Of a stretch of 64,000 nt of DNA, positions 30,001 through 38,801 are shown piece by piece. Below the pieces are notes generated by a model, which saw only the letters and a list, made by a program, of their open reading frames with translations, was not told where the DNA came from and searched no databases. Position 1 is the first letter of the stretch. Every line of letters starts with the position of its first letter. Source of the stretch: an uncultured virus (IMG/VR IMGVR_UViG_3300030329_003631) (lineage: Duplodnaviria; Heunggongvirae; Uroviricota; Caudoviricetes); IMG/VR virus record IMGVR_UViG_3300030329_003631, positions 1 to 64,000 of that record, one strand, 5' to 3'. Position numbers and translations under genes: made by a program.

Positions 30001-33000
30001 TATTCTTCAGCTTTACAGAATTCAGGATTAGGAGTATTTGATATTCATTCGCATATAATAGAATTGTATAACAAAAATTTATGGAACTCTTTCTTGTCTA
30101 ATAGTAAATCTAAAGACCCTGCAAAGGCGGTAAGAGGCTATAAAAGCCTTCCTAAGCCCTTTGAAATGTCAGGATATACTCTAGACATAAGAGGAGTAAA
30201 AAATCCTTATCTAGACGCATCTAATGAAGGTATATATGAGGAACATATTAACAGAATAAATAGATTTGTTAATAAAGTTGTAAACAAAACAGGCAAAACA
30301 AAAGAAAGTGTATTAATTGAAATTAATAATCATATAACGAAAGTAAAGAAAGAACTAGGTTCTTTGAATAATCCTTTTGGAAAATCAAATGTAAAAATAA
30401 GTCATGAGAGATATATTGCTAGCGGAAGAGCATCAAGCCCTTTAAAAGAGGCTTATGAGTCAGAGTCTGTAAGGAAGAAAAGATATTCTTCATGGACAAA
30501 AAATAAAGAAAACGCTATAAGAAATATGTCTTTAGCTACGAGAGCTATTAACTCAAAATTAGGAGCAAGTAATAATTTATCCACAAGAATTCAAACAGAT
30601 GCAGATGGAAGTATTAGTTGGAAAATACAATCTGGATTAAAATCTGGAAAAATAACTGTTGTTGATGGTTATGGAGGAAGAGAATTTGTTGGAGGTAAAT
30701 ATGAATTTAGAGTTGTTACAGAAGATGTAAACGGATTAGGCAAGCTACACACTGTTTCTTTAACAAGGTCTGAATTAAGAGATGCAAAGTTTGGAGGAGG
30801 AAGAGGAGAAAAAAGAGGTTTAATGCAAATAGTTTTTGAAAAAGTTATAAGACAGAATTCTGGAAAAAAACTAATAAAAAAGATACCTGATAGCCCTGAA
30901 ATTATTCAAAGTATAATAAGCAATCTATCTAAAACTTCAAATCAAAACTCATTAGTTTTATTGAAAAAATGGAGAGATGAATTTTCCGTATCTAATAAGT
31001 TATTTGGAAAAAATATAAGCGAATTAACTGAAGCAGAGATGAGCGTGCTAAGACGTAAATTCGAACATCCAGAAACAGCGGAAGAGAAAAGACTAAGTAA
31101 TTTATTAACTGAACTTATCTCAGATCTTACAGAGGCTAAAAGTTTTTCTAACTTAAGAGTTAAGGGATTTACAACTAAAGGAGTAGATTTAAAAAAATCA
31201 GATATATTTTTAAACCCAAATAGAAAAATAGGATTAAAGGGATACACTGATTTTAAAGTAATAGACTTAGTAGATAGGTTAAATGAGTATGAGTTAATAA
31301 AACAATCTAATGAAAGTGCGTTTAAAAGACTCTATAGATTTATGTCTTCATTTTATGAAAACGCATATGCCTTAAGAGAGGAATCTCGTAGAGTTATTAC
31401 AAACTCAACTAGAATACTGGGAGATAAAAAAGTGGAGATAAATGGGAAAGAAACGACTTTTGCAGAAGCCTTTCAAGATCTTAATGGGCAATTAACATCA
31501 GAATATTATGAGCAACTACAAAAATCAATGGTTGACTTTTTAAATCAAGCAAATATATCGGAGAGTTCTCTTAATGCTTTTGGAAAAGAATTCCCTGAGT
31601 TTTATGGAAGTAGAGGTTTTATGAATCTAAAAGAAGCTGTTAATTTAGCAAAAGTATTCGACACTATGTATGGCAAAGAAGGTACTTTTAAAGAGTATCC
31701 GCCTCCAGAAAAAGAAATGGCTATAAAAGCTATAGCTAAAAAGATAAGCGATTTTAATATAAATTCTACTTTTAGAGACATAGAAATAGCGTCTAAAGAA
31801 GAGTTTAAAAACTCTATGGAGCATTTAAATTTTACTGCAAAAGAATATCTAGAGTCTTTAAAAGACTTGCAAGAAATATTAAAAAATAATTTGCCTAAAA
31901 TTAATTTAAAAGATATTGAACAGAAGCTAACGTCTGATCAGTTAAAAGATTTAGTATTAAAAAATATACAATCACTGATTGACCACGCTCAGAAAAATAT
32001 ACCAAACAACATTGTATCTAAAAAAGGAGAATTTGAAAGCTCATGGAAGTTAGAATTAGAAAAGATAAATTCCTTATTTGGAGGAATGGAATTTGAAAAA
32101 GGTACTGAGATTCAAACCACTAAAAAAGAACCTATTATACAAGAAGGAAAAGGATTAGATTTAGGAGACTCTCAAATGAGTATATTAAAACGTTGGGCTA
32201 ATGATGGGAGTTTAGGTGAGGCTTCTCAATGGAAGGAGGTATTTTCTGTAAAAAAAGGAGTTAATAGCTTTGGAGATGTTAACAGAGGTAGTGATTTTAT
32301 CTCTGGTTTAAAACTACAACCTATAAAACCTAGAGAGAATACAGTTATGTTTGTAATGGAGTCTGGCGGTGAAGTAGCAGGTATATTAAGAGTTATTAGA
32401 GGAGAAGATCCTTCTATGCCAGGAAAAGAAAGTATGGTAACTCATTCTAGAGTACATCCTTTACTAAAGAAAAAAGGATTAGGTTCTAGAATGTATACTG
32501 CAGTTAATCAAGTTTTAATTAATCAAGGTTGGGATCCTATTGTTTCTGATCCTAGATTAACTAATGAAGCTGGCTCTTTATGGAGATCATTGGTAAAAAG
32601 AGGATTAGCAGAAGAGATAACTGATACGTATGGATACACTAGATATAAAATGTTAGAGGTTCCAAAATCTACTGTACCAAAAGAAAGAAAACCTGGGAAA
32701 GTAACTGTTGATGAGTTATTGCCAGAAGTAAAAAGCATGAAAACTCCTTTAGCTCTTGATAAGATAGCTGAATCTAAATACTACCTACCTTATACAAGAT
32801 ACGCTTCAGAGTTTCAAGAATCTTCGGTTAGGTTTTCTATTGGAGCAGATCAGGTTACTAGAGTAATATTTGTAAACCAAATTGAGGTAAGTACAGAAAA
32901 TGCTAAATGGGCTATAGAAAAGTTAGCAGAAATGGGGCATGATATATCAAAGCATGATGCTAATAATGTATTTGATATGATTTATTCAATTGCATCTGCT

Positions 33001-36000
33001 TCAAGTAGATTTAGCAAACCAGATCTTAGAATTCCTTTATATAAGATAGTAGAAGACCCAACTGTAACTGGAGGGGCTAGAATTGAATCTATGGAAGCTT
33101 TTACAGATATAGGAAAAGAAAGAAAAGTAGTTACTGGAGTTAACAAGCCTATAGAAAGCGCTGTAGATGCTGTTAAAGATGCTTTTTCTCAAATGCAAAA
33201 TGCTGGAGATATAGAGGCTAGAAAAAGATTAATAGAATCTGTAAAGATTAGTAAAGAAGCATCTGATATTATAGAGAGACTAGAAAAAGGTATCATATCT
33301 GCGACAGGAGATTATAGTAAAGATTCAGGATATGAAACAGATGGTTTTGATACGTTTTTATCAAACATAGATTCTAAAAACTTTAATTATCTAGACAGAG
33401 TAGCTATAACAAATAAGATAATAGAATTATTCTCTAGTACTAGATATGATGGATCTTTCTCTGCATTTGAAGTTATGACAGGAAGACAAGAAGGTATAGT
33501 TCCTGTTCAAGATAGATTGTATATAAATAATATAGAAAATATAGAGCAAGGAAATATTATAAAAGATGTATTTGGAAATGAATATATGTATGTGAATCAT
33601 ATGGCTTTTCCTGTATCTTCTATAAAATATGCTTCTGATAAAGTATTAGATATATTAAACAGAACTGGAAACACTCCAATTCTTAACGTTCATCATCAAG
33701 TTCCAAAAAATTCTATTGACTACACTAAAGATAGAGTTTTTAGAACTACTATGGGATTTATAGTTCTTAATGAAAAAGCTGACTTCAAAAGAATTAGTGA
33801 GCATAAACCTTCTGCTAGTAATGTTCGTGTTAAAGACGTTTTAGAATTCTTTTACGGTAAAGAATTTAAACATAGTACTGCAGGTACTAATCTAACTATA
33901 GAGGCTCAAAGATTTTTCTCTAGTGTTTTAGATCCTCTTATTCCTGTTCACCCAAGAGCTAAAGAGGCTGAAGGATATATTGTTGATATAGAAAAAAGAG
34001 AAATAATGAATTCTTCTCAGGGTTTATCTTCATTGATAAATTCTTTAGAAGAGCATATGATAAAGAATACATCTAGAGATGGTTCTGACGCAAATGTAGA
34101 CAGGAATATAATACAATCTTTAACAGGTCCAGATGGAAAGATAACGAATAATCCTAATCAGGCTATCTGGGATGCGTATAATTTTAATCCACAAAAAAGA
34201 ATATGGGCTAATACTCCTCAAGAAGTTTCAGATTATATAAGAAACTTTATAGAGCAAAAAAGAATGTTTGAATTTTCAAATTTAGAAAAAGCATCTCAAT
34301 ATTTAAAAAACTTTGTTGACATATGGGTTAAGCATGCTGTTTTAGAAGGTAGGCAATTTAAAGGAGTAACAACAAGAAAATTAGATCAAAAGTTATTAAA
34401 AAATATATTTATACCAAAATTAGATAGGTCAGGTTTAGAGAGTTACATCACTCATGTAGAAAAAGTCGCAGAGTTATTGAAAAAAGAAGAGGCTTATAAT
34501 CTTATAGAAAATATAGCAAAATGGAGATCAAAAGTTAAAAAATACGCAGGAAAGAAAGGAGATGTTATCTATGAAGATGCTATGGGTAAACTAGCTAGAA
34601 TTAGTTTAAAAAACATGACTGAAATACAAGAATTTGAAGAGTACTTATCTCTTTTGAAAACAAGAAGATTGGAGAATCTTGACCTTGTTAATGACTACAT
34701 AAATAAAAAGAAGGCAGAAAAAGTTGTAGAAGAAATAGATTCTTGGGATAAAGATAATGGAGACAAAACAGACAGCGCAGACTCCGATGCTCCTTTTGAA
34801 CTAAGTGTAGAAAAAGAAGCTATGAAAGAAACGGTTAAAGTTGTAAAGAATTCTTTAGATTTAAATGACCCTATATACGATAGAAAAATTCCTTTTATAT
34901 CTAAATATTTAAATATTAGCGATTTAATCTTTGATTCAAAGTATGAAGATGTTATCCCTCACTCTTTACAAAAGAAATATATAGAGAGTATGAATCCTCT
35001 TATTGGAGGAAGAACTACTAATGAAATGTATAATATCTATGTAGATGTTATGTCTAAGGTTATTAATAAAGAATTTAATGAAGGGTTATCTAAAGATAAT
35101 ATGGAAATCTTTAGCAAGAAATTAGAAAAAGGTACTGCTTGGATTTTATTTGATCAGTTTAAATTAAATGGTCCTGCTCCAGGAATGATGAGTATTAACC
35201 ATATAGGAGCTTATTTTGGAGATAAAGGAATGACTACAAAAAATACATTCCATAAATGGATATTAAACGAATTAAATGATGCTGACGGAAGAGTTATAAA
35301 AGCAACCTCGCAAATACAAAATAGATTAATCAGCAAAGCTGCTGAATTAAAATTAAAAGGAGGGGATAGACATGTTGCAAATATAGTTGGAATGCTTACA
35401 GAAAAACCTCATCATTCTTTAACTACAGATAATATAAAGAAAATATTAGAATTAGAAGCTGCTGGATATAAGCCAGAATTATTTACTGAATTAAAAAAGC
35501 AAGGAGATTTAAAAACTGTTATTCAAGATGCTATACTAAAAACTGGAGGAGAAGGATTAAACTTAAGCCCTTACGAAACTAATAAATCTCGAGCAGCTCT
35601 ATATAATATAATCAATTCTTTATTATTAGATATAAAGAAAGACACAATACTTGTTTCCTTAGGAAAAGAAACTGGAGATATAAGTAGGGCTGAAATAAAA
35701 GAAAAAATGAGAGATGCTTATTTTTCAGGAGCAAGTAATGCTATAAGAAAATACGAAAAATTAGTTGATAGATGGGTCTCTAAAAGAGGTTACAAAAGTG
35801 TAAATGAATTTTTAGATGATGTTATAAACAGAAAAGAATCTGTTCTTGATAACGACCCTAATGTTATGGAGTTTTTAAATGAGTGTAGAACTACTTGTAG
35901 AGATGTCGCTACAGGAGTTTATACAGAAGGAATGGGTATACGAGAACTTGCAGCTCTTACAGGAGTAGAGTCTCCATTTTACGAAGATTATATGCCTTTA

Positions 36001-37890
36001 AATGTTTTTAAAGTTCAGTTTGAAAATCAAGCAGAAAGAACAATGATGCTAGAAGGGCCTAATCCTGGAGAATGGATATTACCTAAAGAGGTATACGACA
36101 ATGTGTTTAGAGGTATACATAAAAATAAAAGTATAGGTATAGCGAGCGAATGGCTTAAGAATAGATCCAATATAGTTAATGTTGCAGAATTAGATCCTGT
36201 AAAATCTATATCTAATAGAATGCGTTCAGAGGTATTTTATGGACAGACAGAAATACAAAGAGCTATTATACAAAAGATGATAAATACAGCAGATATATTC
36301 AATTCAGATAAAGCTCCATTGAGTAGAGATGCAAAAAGAATGATAACAGAATTATTTGTAAATTATTTTAATAACGGAATGACTAAGGGTAGAGCTGAGA
36401 TTAGAAAAACAATTCAAGCTCAGAAAAAGATGCCTATATTTAAACATATAGGATCTCCTGTTAAGTTATTAATGAATATGATGATGTTTGTTAGAGGTAG
36501 TGAATTAGGAAGAATAGTAAGAGCTCCAGCTCAGATAACAGCAGCGATAGGTAATTTAGGATTTACAGAAGGAGATATGGCTGGCAACCTATTAGATAGC
36601 ATGAAGAGTATAGCAAATATGATGCAAGTTTACAAGGGAGGAGAGGTTGCAGAGTTTTTAGAAACATATGCTCCAGTTATATTTGCAAGAGCTTATAGTG
36701 GGTATGACTTACCTCAAGATAATGTGAATTCTGAGATAAATAGATTTAAAAAGATGGTTAAAGACGGTGACCATAAAGATTACTTAAATCATTTAATGGA
36801 AGACTGGCATTTGAGTGATATCACTGATATACAAAAAATGACTAGATTACAGTTATGGCCATTAATACAAGTGGATAGAATGACTGCATTTATATCTTTC
36901 TTTACTCATATACATGATTTACATAGACAAAAAGGAACTAAATTTGATTTAAAAAATCCAGATTTAGAAATAATAAGAGAGGCAGAACTTAAAACAGCTG
37001 CGTCTCAAGGTAGTGATTCTACTAATTGGAAATCTTCTTCCATACAAAATGTTCATAAAGTAGGGTTTGGGCAAAGTACTTTAGGGGAAATGACAAACAT
37101 GAGTGTATTTATGTTTTTACATTTTGTTCAAACAGCTTTAGCTTCTACGCAAGTAAATATGCATCGTGGTTGGAAATCATTTAAAGATAAGGAGCAAGAT
37201 CGTAAAAAAAGAAAAAAATATATGAATCAAGGTTGGAAATCTCTAATATGGATGTTTGCTGCATTTGCTATATTCAGACCTTTAGTTGATGAGTGGACAA
37301 GAAGAAAGAGAGAAAAGCTTATGAGGGAATATAACTTTTCTGAAAGACATATAGAAGAACAAATGAATAAAAAATATGGACCAGCTTCTATTGGTATAAA
37401 GTCTTTATTCGATTTTATTATGCCTGTACAGCCTGTAGGTTGGTTATTAGCAGAAACAGTTGAATCTTTAATGCATATGCATCCTTCTGTTAGTAAAGAC
37501 TTTGAAATCCCTGGAAAACCTTTTACTCCAGAGATATTCTTCATAGCAGAAGCCGAAGAGATATTAGAGTCTGTAGGATATTTAGTAAAAGATTTACCTA
37601 AGGAAGAAGGATACGATGTTGCTTTTGATGATTTAAAAAGAGAAATTCTTAACGATCATGGAGAAAGTGGATGGGATTTTGTCGATCCTAGACATGAAGC
37701 ATGGATAAGAAGTCAGTTAGCTATGCAAACTCTTTTAGCGTCAAAAGGACTTTATATTCCTTATTATGATTCTGAATACAGAAAGAAGCTAGTATTAAGA
37801 TTAATGGTAATAAAAGAATTTAAAGCAAGACAAGAGGCAGAGAAAATAGGAAAGCCTGGAACAAAGACACTTCCTAAGAAGTGGAATTAA
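24082..37890 (+). CDS. Giant virion polyvalent/cargo protein (4602 aa) with zincin-like and GNAT modules
   Basis: Uninterrupted ORF; Gly-rich hydrophobic segment (about aa 600-830); GTLAYYSP..IISV..EELDHAYMH; RVHPLLKKKGLGSRMY..AGSLWRSL; helical C-terminus like large polyvalent protein tails. Confidence 0.75.
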   Translation: MAKTQEELEEEKRKKEEELGISLPDLDFGGDSKDTVGLPDLDFGGEVDEPIDLSLPDLDFGGQADDIVVDQDQGPEVDEYVSSEITDEEVLEEISKYQTIQDFESAIQRGEVSDNAYKWYAGQSDDPIPFGAGTGNLDIETQNLDLSQNRKRFYSIYGFGADYNEVFFDNFGMSPEDAEINEADAVNLLIDMAMNTAPEPKGMYPASEYEMGLNEMKLAWETPYETPLEDKALFKPYIDNKSYGVNDLSRFSEGKDQDFLNITTLNPKFQEFKDDGNNLSFNPLYTGRWSIDGSDPNKLPTEKNWQDMYKIFKEDDYVDQMTTATLKRFPKLDEDEVKAYFQNESKVARQQATNNLINHKIRQIFDEERSLAKKRGTGLPTNIEDIVYKKLKHRTMSNLLGPEGIVKDKIKGIYNMQEGMGGKFYNKIINLINMELDGASPAQLQAEADLIKEAHPNWKTLFKYSDGMLVNPGKAQGGPPPEFQGEIQEFLDRYKNSSKELIFAELASLTAYAENLNNLLQSDASWVNKRSGKVMDRKFAQLIDTYIEHPDSEFMGRVNRLGMSAKREYDLTLAKITALTRMSLFNEDILTSQKKDGMHYVSTIGGSLVEGLAWGPGKRMIKEQMELDAPRYMLGRHIDIYNDLGITLNKEQKKNIEEVYRTSFGEKLGIGGAHLLGMLPKFMFGGAIIEGVAGSVGLAQYINSLYISGSRAKQAGAFLIEAGIQEATFVAIMGPEAVGVGTTFAVGKIPSNIMLNNWMKIFAKNPKLGAALHPYAKAVGTGGTFVTATELHTAIVAYKNSDSWTEMKEKMGWNDLGGKFEDMAVNFILGTTLGFAHTKSHEYSMDAKKLQALSAEFIRIGDVKMAEQLWMRSQWVQGKPARNLGELLSNFEMSAFGDMSIKQFMKINKLTLHAKGADGKVRQITPEELYSTLGLEQVYFKTLTGQSRFQGELVRDPSGRGFTHVDNKGMTNTFSYAHELRAWLQANKGVKLYGRKRKDGAIEEITPEEVFSKKPIQDIQIRLDDKGVLIQKGSAHFRLNGKEVDISKLQKFPDFGKMLNKKERIEMEQKLRETILGESLRKPKTKPGSEGVTPGQKALTTSVSAEPPSKTIKPKYIVLPPTPSVTPVKTGPVRAGLPAPKSTEPIPISQTAEQVQSNVNQYTSLHQPVSSKNIKSTPTDSQTIKNKLSSIRKSSENITKWEKERSQLTVGSPKALKLTARIDKETKSIEKQQKEIRKQRIRDAKKTEVGKKLSEIQETTSSVRNYLDNNRLSPVDKRRLKSMGIDFTQVMKEDLNIRKITDDLNYDVSRILKTGQLDIGSYQVILENFGELMSGMTSKVDIFKAKQLDIKPPTVEKGISDYLKKGKIPSFKLEDARVSIQASKLSDVKKAEIIQEIDRAIDLRDKSLKVFEGKEPKKTILLSKPGKLKGEKKVVMEATYNKDTGFYRIPSQYNTKDLVNRLKDMITLTKSNNQLKNIATFVSRTIDLDTKSSDALKKHIARKAINMMKENKMTNSVSINHFRDITTNILPLVLTPKQRATMPSEIKKWMANAMTLYSNNPRSKIHWKKRYDMISGNLANIAAKSPSTLSPAQLPAIATWFANHVTKTVLKDLNDRYKEITQPEYLEKTIKNELLKSIANNLPKNQFLVPKSKIREISKKFSVVKDLIDNLDHLVDRGGLYLEEATYIKERIAYYPDLNILQSSLDGFFIGDTWTEVARDYAAIDNPTTPWEALSSAGKKRYLDIIRPKDAKGTLAYYSPANKIISVLTSDVKIGTGKLVESILEELDHAYMHGYMTSYSNLGEGVDAYLKDQLSVSYTSGLRSTDIHVKHGLVSDAIKDIFKIDIKKPHTWESVKQDPKAEETRIINEFSIEDVEIIDNTLAELHSKDYKKDISVFQLIAPKTSKSWFKPIIRTIDGEKYLSTFKDFDVKMFNAILALYNNTKYKYLVETPRVEGMEVLYKLSEVNRSVANPYSSALQNSGLGVFDIHSHIIELYNKNLWNSFLSNSKSKDPAKAVRGYKSLPKPFEMSGYTLDIRGVKNPYLDASNEGIYEEHINRINRFVNKVVNKTGKTKESVLIEINNHITKVKKELGSLNNPFGKSNVKISHERYIASGRASSPLKEAYESESVRKKRYSSWTKNKENAIRNMSLATRAINSKLGASNNLSTRIQTDADGSISWKIQSGLKSGKITVVDGYGGREFVGGKYEFRVVTEDVNGLGKLHTVSLTRSELRDAKFGGGRGEKRGLMQIVFEKVIRQNSGKKLIKKIPDSPEIIQSIISNLSKTSNQNSLVLLKKWRDEFSVSNKLFGKNISELTEAEMSVLRRKFEHPETAEEKRLSNLLTELISDLTEAKSFSNLRVKGFTTKGVDLKKSDIFLNPNRKIGLKGYTDFKVIDLVDRLNEYELIKQSNESAFKRLYRFMSSFYENAYALREESRRVITNSTRILGDKKVEINGKETTFAEAFQDLNGQLTSEYYEQLQKSMVDFLNQANISESSLNAFGKEFPEFYGSRGFMNLKEAVNLAKVFDTMYGKEGTFKEYPPPEKEMAIKAIAKKISDFNINSTFRDIEIASKEEFKNSMEHLNFTAKEYLESLKDLQEILKNNLPKINLKDIEQKLTSDQLKDLVLKNIQSLIDHAQKNIPNNIVSKKGEFESSWKLELEKINSLFGGMEFEKGTEIQTTKKEPIIQEGKGLDLGDSQMSILKRWANDGSLGEASQWKEVFSVKKGVNSFGDVNRGSDFISGLKLQPIKPRENTVMFVMESGGEVAGILRVIRGEDPSMPGKESMVTHSRVHPLLKKKGLGSRMYTAVNQVLINQGWDPIVSDPRLTNEAGSLWRSLVKRGLAEEITDTYGYTRYKMLEVPKSTVPKERKPGKVTVDELLPEVKSMKTPLALDKIAESKYYLPYTRYASEFQESSVRFSIGADQVTRVIFVNQIEVSTENAKWAIEKLAEMGHDISKHDANNVFDMIYSIASASSRFSKPDLRIPLYKIVEDPTVTGGARIESMEAFTDIGKERKVVTGVNKPIESAVDAVKDAFSQMQNAGDIEARKRLIESVKISKEASDIIERLEKGIISATGDYSKDSGYETDGFDTFLSNIDSKNFNYLDRVAITNKIIELFSSTRYDGSFSAFEVMTGRQEGIVPVQDRLYINNIENIEQGNIIKDVFGNEYMYVNHMAFPVSSIKYASDKVLDILNRTGNTPILNVHHQVPKNSIDYTKDRVFRTTMGFIVLNEKADFKRISEHKPSASNVRVKDVLEFFYGKEFKHSTAGTNLTIEAQRFFSSVLDPLIPVHPRAKEAEGYIVDIEKREIMNSSQGLSSLINSLEEHMIKNTSRDGSDANVDRNIIQSLTGPDGKITNNPNQAIWDAYNFNPQKRIWANTPQEVSDYIRNFIEQKRMFEFSNLEKASQYLKNFVDIWVKHAVLEGRQFKGVTTRKLDQKLLKNIFIPKLDRSGLESYITHVEKVAELLKKEEAYNLIENIAKWRSKVKKYAGKKGDVIYEDAMGKLARISLKNMTEIQEFEEYLSLLKTRRLENLDLVNDYINKKKAEKVVEEIDSWDKDNGDKTDSADSDAPFELSVEKEAMKETVKVVKNSLDLNDPIYDRKIPFISKYLNISDLIFDSKYEDVIPHSLQKKYIESMNPLIGGRTTNEMYNIYVDVMSKVINKEFNEGLSKDNMEIFSKKLEKGTAWILFDQFKLNGPAPGMMSINHIGAYFGDKGMTTKNTFHKWILNELNDADGRVIKATSQIQNRLISKAAELKLKGGDRHVANIVGMLTEKPHHSLTTDNIKKILELEAAGYKPELFTELKKQGDLKTVIQDAILKTGGEGLNLSPYETNKSRAALYNIINSLLLDIKKDTILVSLGKETGDISRAEIKEKMRDAYFSGASNAIRKYEKLVDRWVSKRGYKSVNEFLDDVINRKESVLDNDPNVMEFLNECRTTCRDVATGVYTEGMGIRELAALTGVESPFYEDYMPLNVFKVQFENQAERTMMLEGPNPGEWILPKEVYDNVFRGIHKNKSIGIASEWLKNRSNIVNVAELDPVKSISNRMRSEVFYGQTEIQRAIIQKMINTADIFNSDKAPLSRDAKRMITELFVNYFNNGMTKGRAEIRKTIQAQKKMPIFKHIGSPVKLLMNMMMFVRGSELGRIVRAPAQITAAIGNLGFTEGDMAGNLLDSMKSIANMMQVYKGGEVAEFLETYAPVIFARAYSGYDLPQDNVNSEINRFKKMVKDGDHKDYLNHLMEDWHLSDITDIQKMTRLQLWPLIQVDRMTAFISFFTHIHDLHRQKGTKFDLKNPDLEIIREAELKTAASQGSDSTNWKSSSIQNVHKVGFGQSTLGEMTNMSVFMFLHFVQTALASTQVNMHRGWKSFKDKEQDRKKRKKYMNQGWKSLIWMFAAFAIFRPLVDEWTRRKREKLMREYNFSERHIEEQMNKKYGPASIGIKSLFDFIMPVQPVGWLLAETVESLMHMHPSVSKDFEIPGKPFTPEIFFIAEAEEILESVGYLVKDLPKEEGYDVAFDDLKREILNDHGESGWDFVDPRHEAWIRSQLAMQTLLASKGLYIPYYDSEYRKKLVLRLMVIKEFKARQEAEKIGKPGTKTLPKKWN
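24148..24267 (+). repeat. Three LPDLDFGG peptide repeats at the N-terminus of the giant protein
   Basis: CCWGATTTAGATTTYGG three times, in frame. Confidence 0.85.
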
Positions 37891-37924
37891 TGAAATAAAA
37901 CTTTTCTATTTCGTCTTAAATCCT

Positions 37925-37932
37925 TATATTTG
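37925..37932 (+). promoter_or_regulatory. Bacteroidota -7 promoter box (TATATTTG)
   Basis: TAnnTTTG(C), intergenic, 14 nt before the start at 37947. Confidence 0.65.
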
Positions 37933-37946
37933 CTAAAAATATAATT

Positions 37947-38801
37947 ATGTCAAGAGAAATAACTAGTTTCATAGATCCTGGCACAGGATCTGTTAATAAA
38001 AAATACTTTACATCTATGTTCGATCCAACGGCAGAGATAGTTAGTATTGATATAGACAGTCGTTGTGCTAATCTAGTTATAACAGATAAGTCCAATTTTG
38101 ATAAAGAATATGGGCATTATCAGCCTGCCTTTTCAAATTATAGGACTGTAGAGGTAGTAAAGCCAGACGGAACTACAGATACTTATTCCTCGATATTAGA
38201 GGCTTCTAGTAGCTATTATATACAGCCTGCTAGCTCATCTCTTACTATAAATATACCTCTTGGAGGAGTAGATGGAGCGTATGAGATTAGATTAACAAAC
38301 ATACCTACATGGAATGAGAACGAGCAATATCAAGCTTATGATTCTAATCCTGTTTTATTTGCTCAAGAAGATATAGTTGTAAATGTAGTTGGTACAGATA
38401 TTAAATTTTATAGATGTATAGAAAATCACAGTTCAGGATCTACATTTGAACCTGGAGTTGGTGGTAGCTGGCAAGATAATTGGGTAGAGATTACGGATGG
38501 AAATTATTTATTAACAGACGGCTATAGTAAATATACAGATACAGAAGTTGTATTAGTTCATTGTTCTTTAGATACTTGTATTCAGAATTTAACTAACAAA
38601 TTATTTTGCTCTAGCAATAAAATAGATTTTTGTGACAAGGAATTAATGTGTCACAATAACGAATATTTAAAATTTTTAAAACTATATTCATTAAGAGCCG
38701 CTATGGACACAATATATAGAAACAATGCAGACTCAGGTACTGTGAATGATATTATTGCAATATCTGATAGAATCTGTGAATGCGAAACATTTGATTGCTA
38801 A
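37947..38801 (+). CDS. Tail-associated protein with CBM5/12-like module and Cys-rich C-terminus
   Basis: WNENEQY..DIV..FYRCIENHSSG..FEPG..W..W; ends in ICECETFDC. Confidence 0.55.
   Translation: MSREITSFIDPGTGSVNKKYFTSMFDPTAEIVSIDIDSRCANLVITDKSNFDKEYGHYQPAFSNYRTVEVVKPDGTTDTYSSILEASSSYYIQPASSSLTINIPLGGVDGAYEIRLTNIPTWNENEQYQAYDSNPVLFAQEDIVVNVVGTDIKFYRCIENHSSGSTFEPGVGGSWQDNWVEITDGNYLLTDGYSKYTDTEVVLVHCSLDTCIQNLTNKLFCSSNKIDFCDKELMCHNNEYLKFLKLYSLRAAMDTIYRNNADSGTVNDIIAISDRICECETFDC

Noticed and set aside
24082..37890. Virion RNA polymerase
   Set aside because: No DxDxD catalytic motif found by eye; left open for profile search
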